Source: Actinomycetota bacterium (lineage in GTDB: Bacteria; Actinomycetota; Thermoleophilia; Gaiellales; F1-60-MAGs149). From it: a stretch of DNA of 64,000 nt. Each line of letters opens with the position of its first letter. Within the stretch, counting starts at the first letter, position 1. Below are positions 1 to 10,110 of the stretch, piece by piece. Where the stretch lies: assembly GCA_026392355.1 (NCBI GenBank), contig JAPLCF010000031.1:10785-74784 (forward strand), given 5' to 3'. The notes below the pieces were generated by a model. That model had not been told where the DNA came from, searched no databases, and worked only from the letters and a program-made list of their open reading frames with translations. The position numbers were made by a program, and so were the translations under genes.

Positions 1-418
1 TGTTGGTGAGCACCGAGAAGATCGCGATGACGACGACGGCGACGAAGAGGCCGGCCACGATCTGCGCGCCGCCAGGGCGCGTCTCGCGCGGGCGGTAGAG
101 GCGATTGCGGGCGAAGATCAGCACGGAGACGAGCAGAACGAACGGCAGCCACTCCTTCTCTGCGGCCCACAACTGGTCGGCGAAGACCTCACGGCCGTTG
201 AGGACCTCGCGCAGTACGAGGCCGGAGAAAATCGCAGCAGAGATACCGAAGACGTCGATCGCCAGCAGCATCAGCACATCGAGCCCGCGGCCGATCAGGT
301 GGCGCAGACGACGCGTCGAGACGCCCGTCTCGGAGCGGGGGTCCTTGATCTCGCCGAGCGACGCCGCCGGCGCAGGCGGAGCGGTGTCGCGCGGGTCCGG
401 GGAAACGGGAGCGGCCAC
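1..418 (-). CDS. Exopolysaccharide polyprenyl glycosylphosphotransferase (sugar transferase), N-terminal membrane part; runs off the window edge
   Basis: Manual translation from GTG 418: MAAPVSPDP...LMLLAIDVFGISAAIF...LIFARNRLYRPRETRPG. Several TM segments typical of WcaJ/WbaP N-termini; TAGACT -10 box 7 nt upstream; EPS cluster context. Confidence 0.65.
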   Translation of the reverse strand, partial: MAAPVSPDPRDTAPPAPAASLGEIKDPRSETGVSTRRLRHLIGRGLDVLMLLAIDVFGISAAIFSGLVLREVLNGREVFADQLWAAEKEWLPFVLLVSVLIFARNRLYRPRETRPGGAQIVAGLFVAVVVIAIFSVLTN

Positions 419-495
419 GTCGTTGAGTCTACAGCGCGGAGAGCAGACTTCCTGCCTTCAGCCGCACGTGTGAAAGCGCATTGTTACGCCAAAAA

Positions 496-1449
496 TTAGG
501 CGCCGACGACGCGGCCGGTCAGCTCGGCACGGCTCGACTGGTCGAGCAGCCGCTGCAGGCCCTCACGCAGGTCGACGGTCGGCCCCCAGCCCAGCAGTTC
601 CTGCGCCCGCGTGATGTCGGGGCGGCGCTGCTGCGGATCGTTGACGGGCAATGCCTCGAAGACGATCTCGCCCTTGGAGCCGGTCAGCTCGACCACCATC
701 TCGGCCAGCTCGAGCAGGGTGAACTCGCCCGGGTTGCCGATGTTGACAGGCTCGTGCTCGGTCGAGAAGAGCAGGGCGAGAATGCCCGTAACGAGGTCGT
801 CGACGTAACAGAAGGAGCGCGTCTGCGCGCCCGTGCCGAACACGGTGATCGGCTTGTCTTCGAGCGCCTGGCGCACGAAGGTCGGGATGGCGCGGCCGTC
901 GAAGGCGCGCATGCGGGGTCCGTACGTGTTGAAGATGCGGACGATCGCGGTGTCGACACCCTGCTGGCGGTGGTACGCCATCGTCATCGCCTCGGCGTAG
1001 CGCTTGGCCTCGTCGTACACGCCGCGCGGTCCGATCGGGTTGACGTTGCCCCAGTAGGACTCGGGCTGCGGGTGAATCAGCGGGTCGCCGTACACCTCGC
1101 TCGTCGACGCGGTCAGGAAGCGTGCGCGCTTCGCCTTGGCCAGGCCGAGGGCGTTGTGCGTGCCGTACGAGCCGACCTTGAGCGTCTGCAGCGGCAGGCG
1201 CAGGTAGTCGATCGGGCTGGCGGGCGACGCGAAGTGGAGGACGTAGTCGACGTCACCGGGGATGTCGATGTACTCCGTGACGTCGTGCTGGACGAACGTG
1301 AAGTTGTCGTCGCGCAGATGCGCAATGTTCGTCAGCGAGCCGGTGTCGAGGTTGTCGAGACACCAAACCTTGTGTCCAGCGCTAAGCAGGCGTTCGCAGA
1401 GATGGGAGCCCAGAAAGCCCGCTCCACCGGTAACGACGGTAATCGGCAT
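496..1449 (-). CDS. UDP-glucuronate decarboxylase (UDP-xylose synthase), extended SDR
   Basis: [48 protein letters not shown] motifs. Confidence 0.9.
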   Translation of the reverse strand: MPITVVTGGAGFLGSHLCERLLSAGHKVWCLDNLDTGSLTNIAHLRDDNFTFVQHDVTEYIDIPGDVDYVLHFASPASPIDYLRLPLQTLKVGSYGTHNALGLAKAKRARFLTASTSEVYGDPLIHPQPESYWGNVNPIGPRGVYDEAKRYAEAMTMAYHRQQGVDTAIVRIFNTYGPRMRAFDGRAIPTFVRQALEDKPITVFGTGAQTRSFCYVDDLVTGILALLFSTEHEPVNIGNPGEFTLLELAEMVVELTGSKGEIVFEALPVNDPQQRRPDITRAQELLGWGPTVDLREGLQRLLDQSSRAELTGRVVGA

Positions 1450-1465
1450 ACGGGAAGGGTACCCC

Positions 1466-2371
1466 TTACGGGGTTGCCGTGCCCTCAGTCTCGATCACGG
1501 GGCGCACGGGCCAGAAGACCGTAGAGAGGATCGCGACCAGGATGCCGACGATCAGACCGAGCACGATGGCGATCAGCAGCGAGAACTGCTTCGACGTTGG
1601 TGCGACCTTCGCACCGCGCGCTGGCGTGATCACGCTGCCACCCTCGACGTTCTCGATGTAGTCGACCTGCGCCTGCAAGTCGGGCAGCTGCTCCTGCAGC
1701 AGTGCCTCGGTGTTCGAGTCGTACTGGAGGATGCCGAGCAGCGGCGCGGAGAGGGACGCGCGCTCGGCGGCGCCGAGGTTTGCGCTCGTCAGCTTGTCAA
1801 GCTGCGCCTTGACGTCGTCAGCATCGGCGGCCAGTGCGTCGATGCGCGCCTGCAGGCTGTCGCGGGCGGTCACGACCGCGTCCTTCTTGGCGTCGGTGTA
1901 CGTGTTCGACTTGGCGACGATCTGTTCGGCCATCGAGTTGGCGGCGGCGGCGGACTGTGCGGGGGTAAACGGCCCCTGCACGGTTACCTGCGCAAGCGGT
2001 ACGGCGATGCCCTTGACGCCGACGGCGGTGGAGATCAGCGCCACAGAGACGTGGCCCTTTAGTGCGCCAGAGTCAAGACCGGCCGCCTGCTCCGCGACCT
2101 CCTGGTACTGACGCTGCTTGGCTAGCGCCGTCGCATACAGCGGGTTCGACGAGAGCGGGTTCGGCACGAGCGAGCCGTTGGGGCTGATGGGCTGGCCGAG
2201 GTAGACGGTTGCCGTGCCCTGCGTGAGATTCTTGTTCGAGGTGCGCGTGATGGTGAACGATGCGACGACGGCGAGTACGACGAAGATCGCGACGATCCAC
2301 CAGCGCTTCAGAATGCGATCGACGTAATTGCGCAGGTCGATCTCCTGCTCGGTTCCAGGGGCATCCGCCAC
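1466..2371 (-). CDS. Wzz/Wzc-N-like polysaccharide chain-length determinant
   Basis: [17 protein letters not shown]-terminal TM, central coiled coil, C-terminal P-rich segment plus TM (GLIVGILVA). GTG start chosen from TACCAT -10 box 7 nt upstream. Confidence 0.75.
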   Translation of the reverse strand: MADAPGTEQEIDLRNYVDRILKRWWIVAIFVVLAVVASFTITRTSNKNLTQGTATVYLGQPISPNGSLVPNPLSSNPLYATALAKQRQYQEVAEQAAGLDSGALKGHVSVALISTAVGVKGIAVPLAQVTVQGPFTPAQSAAAANSMAEQIVAKSNTYTDAKKDAVVTARDSLQARIDALAADADDVKAQLDKLTSANLGAAERASLSAPLLGILQYDSNTEALLQEQLPDLQAQVDYIENVEGGSVITPARGAKVAPTSKQFSLLIAIVLGLIVGILVAILSTVFWPVRPVIETEGTATP

Positions 2372-2396
2372 GGTTCTCATGGTACGTGACGCCTCT

Positions 2397-2510
2397 CTGG
2401 GAGGACATGACAACCGCGCGGATGTGGTGTCCTCGCTCCTTGGGGCTACAGGATGCGGGTTCGCGGGTGGCAGAGGACACCACATCCGCGCGGTTGTCAT
2501 GTCCTCCCAG
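2397..2510. repeat. REPIN-like doublet: perfect 38-bp inverted repeat with 38-bp spacer; each arm is itself an imperfect palindrome
   Basis: 2397-2434 ctgggaggacatgacaaccgcgcggatgtggtgtcctc is the exact reverse complement of 2473-2510; intergenic between divergent genes. Confidence 0.9.
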
Positions 2511-2592
2511 CAACGCGGGCAGACCTGGATTTTGGACGGGGCGCTGTTCTCGCCCTGCACTCCGTGCGAGTCTCACGGGTACGATCGGTGCG

Positions 2593-3717
2593 ATGAGGAT
2601 CGTCATCGTGGATCCGCGCGGCGAAACGCGCCCGTACGACGATGCGCTTGCTGCGGCGCTCGCGGCACGCGGCAATGACGTGGAGCTCGTGACGAGCGCG
2701 CCGCGCGTCGCCCAGCCGCCGGCACCCGCTGGCGTGGCTGTGCGGCATGCGTTCTACCGCCTCGCTGATCGCGTTCCCGGAGGCGCACGCAAGGTGGCAC
2801 GCGGCCTCGAGCACCCGCTCGACCTGCTCGCCCTCGCGCCCTCGCTCGTGCGCAACAGGCCCGACGCCGTCCACGTGCAGTGGCTCCCGCTTGGCACCGT
2901 CGATCGCGCATGGTGGCGCGGAGTTGAGTCGCTACTCGGCGTGCCGGTCACCTACACGGCACACGATGCGCTGCCGAACAACCCGTCACCCAAGCGTCTG
3001 CGCCGCGCGGCTGCCAACGCGCGTGCCTTTGGGCGCGTGATCGTCCACTCGGTGCACGGCCGGAATGCGCTCGTCGACGAACTCGGCGTGGACCCGACGC
3101 ACGTGCACGTGATCCCGCACGGTGCGTTGACGGCCTATCGCGACGTCACCCCGATCGCCCCCGCGGTGCCGGACGGTGTGCCGCTCGTCGCGATGCTGGG
3201 GCTGCTGCGGCCGTACAAGGGGCTCGACATCCTGCTCGACGCTTGGCCGACCGTGCGGGCTGCGCTGCCTGACGCCCGGCTGCTTGTGGCCGGCCGCGTC
3301 CTGGGTGACCCTGATGGCGCGTCGCGCCTTGAGCGCATGGCAGCGGAGGACAGTGGTGTGATCGCAGACCTGCGCTTCACGCCGACCGAGGAGTTCGTCG
3401 GCGCGATGCTGCGTGCCGATGTCGTCGTGCTGCCGTACCGCCGGATCGATCAGTCCGGCGTGCTCTTCGCCGCGCTCGCGCTCGGCTGCCCGCTCGTTGC
3501 CACGCGTGTCGGTGGCTTCGCCGAGGTGGTGGAACAGTACGGCGCCGGCCTTGTCGTGCCGCCGGAAGATCCCGCGGCGCTCGCCGAGGCGCTGATCGAG
3601 GTGCTACGCGACCCCGCGCGTCGTGATGCGATGGCCGCCGCCAGCCGCGCAGCCGCCGATGGGCCGTTCAGCTGGGACGCGATCGCCGCGGCGACCGAGC
3701 AGGTCTACGCGGAGTAG
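2593..3717 (+). CDS. Glycosyltransferase family 4
   Basis: GLLRPYKGLD, VVVLPYRRIDQSGV, VATRVGG, FSWDAIA motifs; TACGAT -10 at 2580-2585. Confidence 0.9.
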   Translation: MRIVIVDPRGETRPYDDALAAALAARGNDVELVTSAPRVAQPPAPAGVAVRHAFYRLADRVPGGARKVARGLEHPLDLLALAPSLVRNRPDAVHVQWLPLGTVDRAWWRGVESLLGVPVTYTAHDALPNNPSPKRLRRAAANARAFGRVIVHSVHGRNALVDELGVDPTHVHVIPHGALTAYRDVTPIAPAVPDGVPLVAMLGLLRPYKGLDILLDAWPTVRAALPDARLLVAGRVLGDPDGASRLERMAAEDSGVIADLRFTPTEEFVGAMLRADVVVLPYRRIDQSGVLFAALALGCPLVATRVGGFAEVVEQYGAGLVVPPEDPAALAEALIEVLRDPARRDAMAAASRAAADGPFSWDAIAAATEQVYAE

Positions 3718-3730
3718 ACGGGAGGTGGGG

Positions 3731-4888
3731 GTGGCAACGGCACGGCAGGCATTTCCCGACCAGCTGCGCGGCCTCGCCCTGCTGGGGATCGTCCTCGTCA
3801 ATGCGCCGTTCCTCGCGATCAGCTCCTCGGGCTTCTCCGCAGCATCGGTCGCTGCGTGGTGGGACCTCGTGGCCGCGTTCCTCGTGATCACGCTGGCGCA
3901 GGGCAAGTTCTACCTCCTCTTCGCGTTCCTCTTCGGCTACAGCGCCGTGTTCATCGTGCGTACGGGAGCGCCTGCTGAACGCCGTCGTTACCGTCGACGT
4001 CTGCTCGGGTTGGCCTTGCTCGGGCTCGCCCACGCGGTGCTGTTCTTCATCGGTGACATCCTGCTGGCATACGCCGTGCTCGGGTTCGCCCTGATGCTGC
4101 TGCTGCGCCGCTCCGACCAGACAGTACGACGCACGGCAGCCGTCGTCTTTGCACTCTCCGTTGTGTGGCTCCTCGCGATCCTCGCGCTGGTGGCCGCCAC
4201 GCCAACCGCGACCGACCCCACCACCATTGCCCTGGATGACGCGATCGCACATGGGTCGTTCCTCGATGCGGCGCGCGCCCGTCTCGCCACCCTGCCGCTG
4301 ACGCTCCTGACGCTTGCGTCGCTGAATTGGGGCATCGCCTTCACGATGTTCTGCCTCGGCCTTGTCGCCGGTCGGCGGTCGCTGCTCGCGGACCTCGCAT
4401 CATCGCGCACGCTTTGGCGCCGCCTAGCGCTATGGGGGATCGTGCTTGGTCTGCCATTGCAGATCGTCGCGGCCGTGCTCCAGTTGCGAGGCGGTGTCGG
4501 CCTGGCCTTGCTGACGACGGAAGCCGCCGTCGGGATAGTGCTGGGGTTCGTCACGGCACCGCTGCTCACCGCCGGCTACCTTGGTGCGCTCGCGCTGCTC
4601 AGCCTGCGTGCTCCGCACGCCCTCGATGTCGTGCGTGACGGTGGGCGGGCGTCATTGACGCTCTATCTCTCGGAGTCGATCGTGTTCTGCGTGGTGTTCT
4701 GTGGGTGGGGCCTTGGGTTCTACGGCCGGTTTGGTGCGGCGGCCGTAACGCTGACCGCGATCGGCGTCTTTCTGCTGCTCGAGTTCGCGATCCGGCTGTG
4801 GCTCCGGCGCTTCCGGCAGGGGCCGTTCGAGTGGCTGCTCGCCCGCTGGACGGGGCCGCCCGCGGAATTGCGCGGCACGGACTCCTAG
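3731..4888 (+). CDS. DUF418 (YeiB-like) membrane protein
   Basis: D.LRGLALLGI.LVN, GKFY.LF.FLFG, GDIL..YA, G..SLT.YL.ES, F.QGP.EWL motifs. Confidence 0.9.
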   Translation: MATARQAFPDQLRGLALLGIVLVNAPFLAISSSGFSAASVAAWWDLVAAFLVITLAQGKFYLLFAFLFGYSAVFIVRTGAPAERRRYRRRLLGLALLGLAHAVLFFIGDILLAYAVLGFALMLLLRRSDQTVRRTAAVVFALSVVWLLAILALVAATPTATDPTTIALDDAIAHGSFLDAARARLATLPLTLLTLASLNWGIAFTMFCLGLVAGRRSLLADLASSRTLWRRLALWGIVLGLPLQIVAAVLQLRGGVGLALLTTEAAVGIVLGFVTAPLLTAGYLGALALLSLRAPHALDVVRDGGRASLTLYLSESIVFCVVFCGWGLGFYGRFGAAAVTLTAIGVFLLLEFAIRLWLRRFRQGPFEWLLARWTGPPAELRGTDS

Positions 4889-5847
4889 GCGATCGGGTCT
4901 GCGTCGAAGCGGACGATCGTGCTGGCCCACGAGAGGCCCACGCCGAAGCCCGACAGCAGCGTCGTCTTGCCGGCCAGTTCGCCGTCGCGTGCCAGCGACG
5001 CGATCAGGAACGGGATCGACGAGGACACGAGGTTGCCGGTGTCACGCATGCGGATCGGCACGCGCGCCGGATCGAGCTTCATGCGCTTGACGAGGTAGGA
5101 GAGCATGTGGTTGCTCGCCTGGTGCAGCAGGAAGAGGTCGACGTCATCGGGCGCGATGCCGTTCGCGGCCGTCACGCGATCGACGTCGGCGGGGACGGTG
5201 CCGAGCATGAACTCGAAGATGCTGCGCCCCGCCATCGACAGGCAGCGCGTGCCCTCCGCGTCGGGCTCGACGATCAGGTTGCGTGCGCCGGAGCCGTCGG
5301 TGCCGAAGGTGAATTCACCGATCTGACCGCCCGGCCCTTCACGCGTGAGCCACGTGGCCGCGGCGCCGTCGCCGAAGAGGGGGGAGGTGCCGCGATCGGC
5401 CGGGTCGATCACCTTGGAGTACGGGTCCGAGGTGACGAGCAGCGCGTTGTCGAGGCCAAGGGTCTCGAGCATGCCGCGGACGACGGCGAGGCCATAGACG
5501 AAGCCCGAGCAGCCGAGCCCGACGTCGAAGCACGCCGTCTCCTTTGGCAGGCCGAGTCGGTCCTGGACCAACGCGGAGGTGTGCGGCAGGCCGTAGTCCG
5601 GGTTCTGCGTGCACACGATCAGCACCTGCACGTCCTCGCGCTTGAGGTCGGGACACTTGGCGAAGAGATCCTCAGCCGCGGCAACGCCCATGTCGGCGGC
5701 ACCCTCGCCCTCGGCGGCGATATGGCGCTGGTGGATACCGAGCTTGTCCTCGAGGAACTCGCGGTCCCAGTCGAAGCGCTCGATCAGCTCGTCGTTGCCG
5801 ATCGTTCGCTCCGGCAGGTACGTGCCGATGGCGCGGATGGCGGTCAT
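4885..5847 (-). CDS. 3-oxoacyl-ACP synthase III (FabH-like), polysaccharide-cluster type
   Basis: Cys-His-Asn triad motifs LGCSG, HQAS, GNLVSSS; FGDGAAA; GFGVGLSW. Confidence 0.9.
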   Translation of the reverse strand: MTAIRAIGTYLPERTIGNDELIERFDWDREFLEDKLGIHQRHIAAEGEGAADMGVAAAEDLFAKCPDLKREDVQVLIVCTQNPDYGLPHTSALVQDRLGLPKETACFDVGLGCSGFVYGLAVVRGMLETLGLDNALLVTSDPYSKVIDPADRGTSPLFGDGAAATWLTREGPGGQIGEFTFGTDGSGARNLIVEPDAEGTRCLSMAGRSIFEFMLGTVPADVDRVTAANGIAPDDVDLFLLHQASNHMLSYLVKRMKLDPARVPIRMRDTGNLVSSSIPFLIASLARDGELAGKTTLLSGFGVGLSWASTIVRFDADPIA

Positions 5848-6848
5848 TGGTCGCCTCCCTCGGCGAGGTCCAGCGGCGGCAAGCTGGCCTGCCCCGCGTC
5901 GGTAAACAGCACCTGATGGAAGAAGCGCGACAGCGTGACCCCGCGCGTGTACTCGCCGAGCCGCGGCGCGAGGGTCTCCCCGGCGGCGAGTTGCACCATC
6001 CGGAACGGAAAATCGCCGCCGGCCGCAAGCGGCAAGGGGAAGGCGCCGCCGATGCGCGGATTGACGTCGGTCACCTCGTGGCGATCGGGGGCCTCGCGGA
6101 AGCACTGGACGGTGCCCGGGCCGCGCAGGCCGAGAGCCTCGGCGACCGAGCGGCCGACCTCGACGAGCACGGGATCTTCGAGCGTGGTGCCCTTGATCTG
6201 CTCGCCGCCCTTCGACTGGATCATCGCGCGCGGGATCGCATCGAGGCAGCGGCCATCAAGGTCGCAGAGCACGTCGATCGAGAACTCGGTGCCGCTGCAG
6301 CACTCCTGCACCATTGACGCCGTCGGCGTGTAGTCGAGGAAGAAGTCGAGCTCGCGCTGGTCGGCACAGCGGAAGATGCCCTCCGAGCCGCGACCCTCGC
6401 GCATCTTCACGAGCACGGGGAAGCGCAGGTCGGCGGGCAGTGCGTCGGGATGGAACGTGCGCGGCGTGCCAAGGCCCTGCTCGGCCAGGAAGTCGGCCAT
6501 CACGAGCTTGTCGACGCAGCGGCGGGTTGCCTCGCCGCCAGGGAGAAACGCCTGGCAGCCGAGCTCGGCCAGCTGCGGCACGAGGTCGGCGAGCAGGACG
6601 AGGTCCCACTCGGAGCACGGCAGCACCATCTGGCAGCCGTACTCGCGCACCGTCTGCAGGACGTGCTCGGCGTACCCCGGATCGCTCGCGGGCGGTGCCT
6701 TTACCTGGACGTCGCAGAACGGCAGCGCCGGCGCGATGTCGGACGAGTCGGTGCCGACGATCGTGCCGCCACCATGGCGTGCGACTGCCTCGCGGAACGC
6801 GGAGACCACGTCGACGCGCAGGCCGACGCACGTCAGCAGTACGTTCAT
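5844..6848 (-). CDS. ATP-grasp protein (carbamoyl-phosphate-synthase-like, polysaccharide-cluster type)
   Basis: MNVLLTCVG.R, CVDK, FPVLVK...GRGS, VQE...GTEFSID, VNPRIGG. Confidence 0.85.
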   Translation of the reverse strand: MNVLLTCVGLRVDVVSAFREAVARHGGGTIVGTDSSDIAPALPFCDVQVKAPPASDPGYAEHVLQTVREYGCQMVLPCSEWDLVLLADLVPQLAELGCQAFLPGGEATRRCVDKLVMADFLAEQGLGTPRTFHPDALPADLRFPVLVKMREGRGSEGIFRCADQRELDFFLDYTPTASMVQECCSGTEFSIDVLCDLDGRCLDAIPRAMIQSKGGEQIKGTTLEDPVLVEVGRSVAEALGLRGPGTVQCFREAPDRHEVTDVNPRIGGAFPLPLAAGGDFPFRMVQLAAGETLAPRLGEYTRGVTLSRFFHQVLFTDAGQASLPPLDLAEGGDQ

Positions 6849-7468
6849 GCGCCGCCTCCGTCTGGCGATTGCCAGCCGCCGGCCTCGCCCTTGTACGTGC
6901 CGTTGCGCGAGAAGATGGTGCCCACGGTGCGGAGCATGATGGATAGGTCCAGCCGAAGCGACTGATGGTCCACGTACCAGACGTCGAGTTCGATGCGCTC
7001 GGACCACGGCAGGCTGGCGCGGCCGTGGATCTGCGCCCAGCCTGTCACGCCCGGTGTGACGTCGAGTCGACGTGCCTGATGCGGCGTGTACTGCTCGACC
7101 TGATACCGCAGCGTGGGGCGGGGGCCGACGAGGCTCATCTCGCCGATCAGGATGTTCCAGAACTGCGGCAGCTCGTCGATCGACGTCTTGCGTAGGAAAT
7201 CGCCGATCTTGAGGATGCGCGAATCGCCGGCGTCGACGGCAAAGCCCGCGCCTTGGGCCTCGGCGTTGACGACCATCGTGCGTAGCTTGAGTACCTCGAA
7301 CGACTCGCCGTGCAGCCCGACGCGCTCCTGGCGGAAGAAGACGGGGCCGCCGTCCTCGCGCTTGATCAGCGCGGCGGCGACGCCGATCACGGGTGCCGAC
7401 AACGTCAGGCCGACGGCTGCGCCAGCGACGTCTAGCGCGCGCTTCGCGACGCGCTCCCAGCCCTTCAT
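6845..7468 (-). CDS. Small phosphoglycosyl transferase (PglC/WcaJ C-terminal domain)
   Basis: KRALD, GGPVFFRQERVG, KLRTM, SIDELPQ, GEMSLVGPRP, PGVTGWAQ. Confidence 0.92.
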   Translation of the reverse strand: MKGWERVAKRALDVAGAAVGLTLSAPVIGVAAALIKREDGGPVFFRQERVGLHGESFEVLKLRTMVVNAEAQGAGFAVDAGDSRILKIGDFLRKTSIDELPQFWNILIGEMSLVGPRPTLRYQVEQYTPHQARRLDVTPGVTGWAQIHGRASLPWSERIELDVWYVDHQSLRLDLSIMLRTVGTIFSRNGTYKGEAGGWQSPDGGGA

Positions 7469-8607
7469 CGTGTGCCCTCCGGGCGCTCCCAGACCGGCTC
7501 GATGCCCTTGAAGAGCGCCTCGTAGAAGGCGATCAGGGTGGCCAGCGTTACGAGCACGTAGTACTGGGCGAGGGCGAACGGCGTGAAGCGCGCCGCGGTT
7601 TTCGCCGAGACGAGCGCCATCGCGATCACGAGGATTTGCGCAAGCAGGATCAACCACCAGATGCCGCCGGTGCTGAACGCCAGGACGATGCTCGCCAGCA
7701 GCAGGACGACATGGAGCAGGCCGCTCGCATAACGCAGCAGGCGGTGCGAGATCATCTCGAGCCAGTAGACCGGCCCCATCCGCAGTAGCGAGAACATGCG
7801 GCCGTAGAACACGAGCAGCCAGCAGTGGCCGAACATGCGGACCTTGCGACGGAACTCGTCGCCGAGGTTCGTGGTCGGCTTCTCGGAGGCGACGGCGTCG
7901 GGCACGTAGGTGGCGATCCAGCCGTGCTTGACCATCAGGTACGGGAACGAGAGGTCGTGGCCGAAGCGCGGATCGACGAACGCGTAGGTATCGCGGCGCA
8001 CGGCGTAGATCGAGCCGTTACCGCCCGTGACCGAGTGCATCTTCGACTCCCAGCCGCGCAGCGCCACCTCGAAGCGCCAGTAGGCGCCCTCGCGATTCGT
8101 GCCGTCGGCCTTGCGCAGCGAGAGGCGGCCACACACGTACGCGACACGATCGTCGGCGAACGGACGCACGAGGCGCCGCAGTGCGTCGGGCTCCCAGGCG
8201 CAGTTAGCGTCGCTGAACGCGATCACGTCGGGCCAATCGCCGATCGCGCGCACGGCAGTGTCCTGGGCGTTGACCTTACCGCCGCGTTCGGCACGCACCA
8301 GCTCGACGCCCTGGCTCGCGTAGCGCTCCACGAGCTCGTCGGTACCGTCGTTGGAGGCATCCGAGGTGACGATGATGCGCAGTCGCTCGCTCGGATAGTC
8401 GAGGGCCAAGGCGTTCTCGATTTTCGCCTCGATCACGTCGGCCTCGTTGTGCGCGGCAATGATCAGCGCGACGAACGGCTCGACGTCGGCCTGCTCGATG
8501 CGGCGAGGCAGAAGCTTGGACCACACGAAGGCGAGGATCGGGTATCCGACGTGGGTCCAGAGGATCAACGCCAGCGCGACCCAGCCGATGACGGCGAGGA
8601 GGCTCAC
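7465..8607 (-). CDS. Glycosyltransferase family 2 with TM segments
   Basis: IIAAHNE, SDASNDGT, GGKVNA, FSDAN, GGNGSIYA, EFRRKVR. Confidence 0.9.
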   Translation of the reverse strand: MSLLAVIGWVALALILWTHVGYPILAFVWSKLLPRRIEQADVEPFVALIIAAHNEADVIEAKIENALALDYPSERLRIIVTSDASNDGTDELVERYASQGVELVRAERGGKVNAQDTAVRAIGDWPDVIAFSDANCAWEPDALRRLVRPFADDRVAYVCGRLSLRKADGTNREGAYWRFEVALRGWESKMHSVTGGNGSIYAVRRDTYAFVDPRFGHDLSFPYLMVKHGWIATYVPDAVASEKPTTNLGDEFRRKVRMFGHCWLLVFYGRMFSLLRMGPVYWLEMISHRLLRYASGLLHVVLLLASIVLAFSTGGIWWLILLAQILVIAMALVSAKTAARFTPFALAQYYVLVTLATLIAFYEALFKGIEPVWERPEGTR

Positions 8608-8623
8608 ACGCGTACGGTACCCG

Positions 8624-10030
8624 TCAGGTCGCCGGGGTGGCGCTGGCGGCGGCCGCCTTACGTGCCAGCACTCGTTCGATTCCGAACGCCGCTGGCGCCG
8701 CAAGGATCAGCAGCAGGATCAGGTAGAACCCGCTGAAGATCATCGTCAGATAGAAGATATTGCCGACCAGCGTGGCGACAAAGCCCGCCGAGAGCCCACG
8801 CGCAGCAGCGCTGAGCGTGGTGTCGCCGTCGAGGTGGGAGCGCGCGCGGCCAGCACGCAGCAGCGCCAGCAGGCGACTGCCGACCCACAGCAGGAACGCG
8901 GCCCAGACAAGCGCGCCGACGATGCCCATCTCGATCAGCGTTGCGACGTAGAACGAGTGCGGCCCAAAGTCGGCTCGTCCCGTCTGGAACTGGTAGTAGA
9001 CGGCGAAGTTGTTGACGCCGATGCCGAACAGCGGCGACTCCTGCAGCACCGGCTCGATCAGTCCGTAGAACGCGACGTGCGCCTGCGACGAGCGGTCCGT
9101 CGTCGAGGTGCGCGAGGCGATGATCTGCTGCAGCTGCGCCGTCTTCGCCGAGCCCACGATCAGGCCGCCGGCAGCGAGCACGATCAGCGCTACGACGATC
9201 TGCTTGTTGAAGAACCGGCGGCGGTACCAGAGCAAGAGCATCGCGAGGCCGATGGCGATGCCAAGGCCACCGCTGCGCGACTGGGTGAGGATGACCGCGA
9301 CGAGCAGGATCCCGCCCATGCCCGAGAGGAGCCAGCGGTTACGGGCTGCCCAGCCGTCGCGTGGTCCGACGATCATTGCGATCAGGAACAAGAGCGGCAG
9401 TGCGGCCATCACGCCGAGGTGGTTGGGGTCCTCAGAGAAGCCGGTCAGGCGATAGACGCTGGCCTGCGACGTCACGCCGTACTGGTCGTACGTCGAGACG
9501 ACGCCGTAGAGGTTGGCGCCGAGCGATCGGGCGCCGGGGAAGAACGGCTTCAGGAAGATCGCGTCGAGCTCGATGCCCGTGGTCGAGCGCACGGCCGTCT
9601 GGAGCAGCCCGTAGGCAGCGCTGATTGTGACGCCGAGGACGAAGGCTCCCGCGACGCGCCACCACAGCTCCTGGCCGCGTCGCGCGACGTGCGTGATCGC
9701 GCAGATCAAGAACAGCGCGAAGATCAGCCACTTGATGATGCCCTTCGTCCACTGGTCGACGCCCTGCGTCGTATCGAGCCCGAGGAAGCCGCAGAGATGC
9801 ACGCTGAGCAGGAGCAGGACGAAGCCGAGCACAACGCTAGATGCAGCCGAGAGCCGCGCATCGCGGCGCACGATGCGGTCGAGTAAAAAGAGCCCGACAA
9901 ACAGCAGCTGGAGCAGGTCGACGAGCGTGACGCGCCCAGCCACGTCCCACGACATCTTCTGCCACGTCGCCGTCAGTGCCACGAGCAGCAGTACGCCGTC
10001 GAGCAGAGAGAGTCCGCGGAGGTGGCGCAT
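8624..10030 (-). CDS. O-antigen ligase / Wzy-type polymerase family
   Basis: Multi-TM; RLTGFSEDPNHLG, LTQSRSG, PLFGIG.NNF, PHSFY...LIEMGIVG. Confidence 0.85.
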   Translation of the reverse strand: MRHLRGLSLLDGVLLLVALTATWQKMSWDVAGRVTLVDLLQLLFVGLFLLDRIVRRDARLSAASSVVLGFVLLLLSVHLCGFLGLDTTQGVDQWTKGIIKWLIFALFLICAITHVARRGQELWWRVAGAFVLGVTISAAYGLLQTAVRSTTGIELDAIFLKPFFPGARSLGANLYGVVSTYDQYGVTSQASVYRLTGFSEDPNHLGVMAALPLLFLIAMIVGPRDGWAARNRWLLSGMGGILLVAVILTQSRSGGLGIAIGLAMLLLWYRRRFFNKQIVVALIVLAAGGLIVGSAKTAQLQQIIASRTSTTDRSSQAHVAFYGLIEPVLQESPLFGIGVNNFAVYYQFQTGRADFGPHSFYVATLIEMGIVGALVWAAFLLWVGSRLLALLRAGRARSHLDGDTTLSAAARGLSAGFVATLVGNIFYLTMIFSGFYLILLLILAAPAAFGIERVLARKAAAASATPAT

Positions 10031-10110
10031 GGCCACAGGGTACGCGGCGCGGGGGATCACCGGCCGTCGACGCGTCGTGCACCGCGCCGCCGTGTACGAT
10101 CCGCCGCGCC

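Noticed and set aside
5844-6848. ATP-grasp protein as PylC, linking it to the in-frame TAG codons
   Set aside because: It sits in a polysaccharide operon, where this family is common; no pylS/B/D or tRNA-Pyl is visible in the window.
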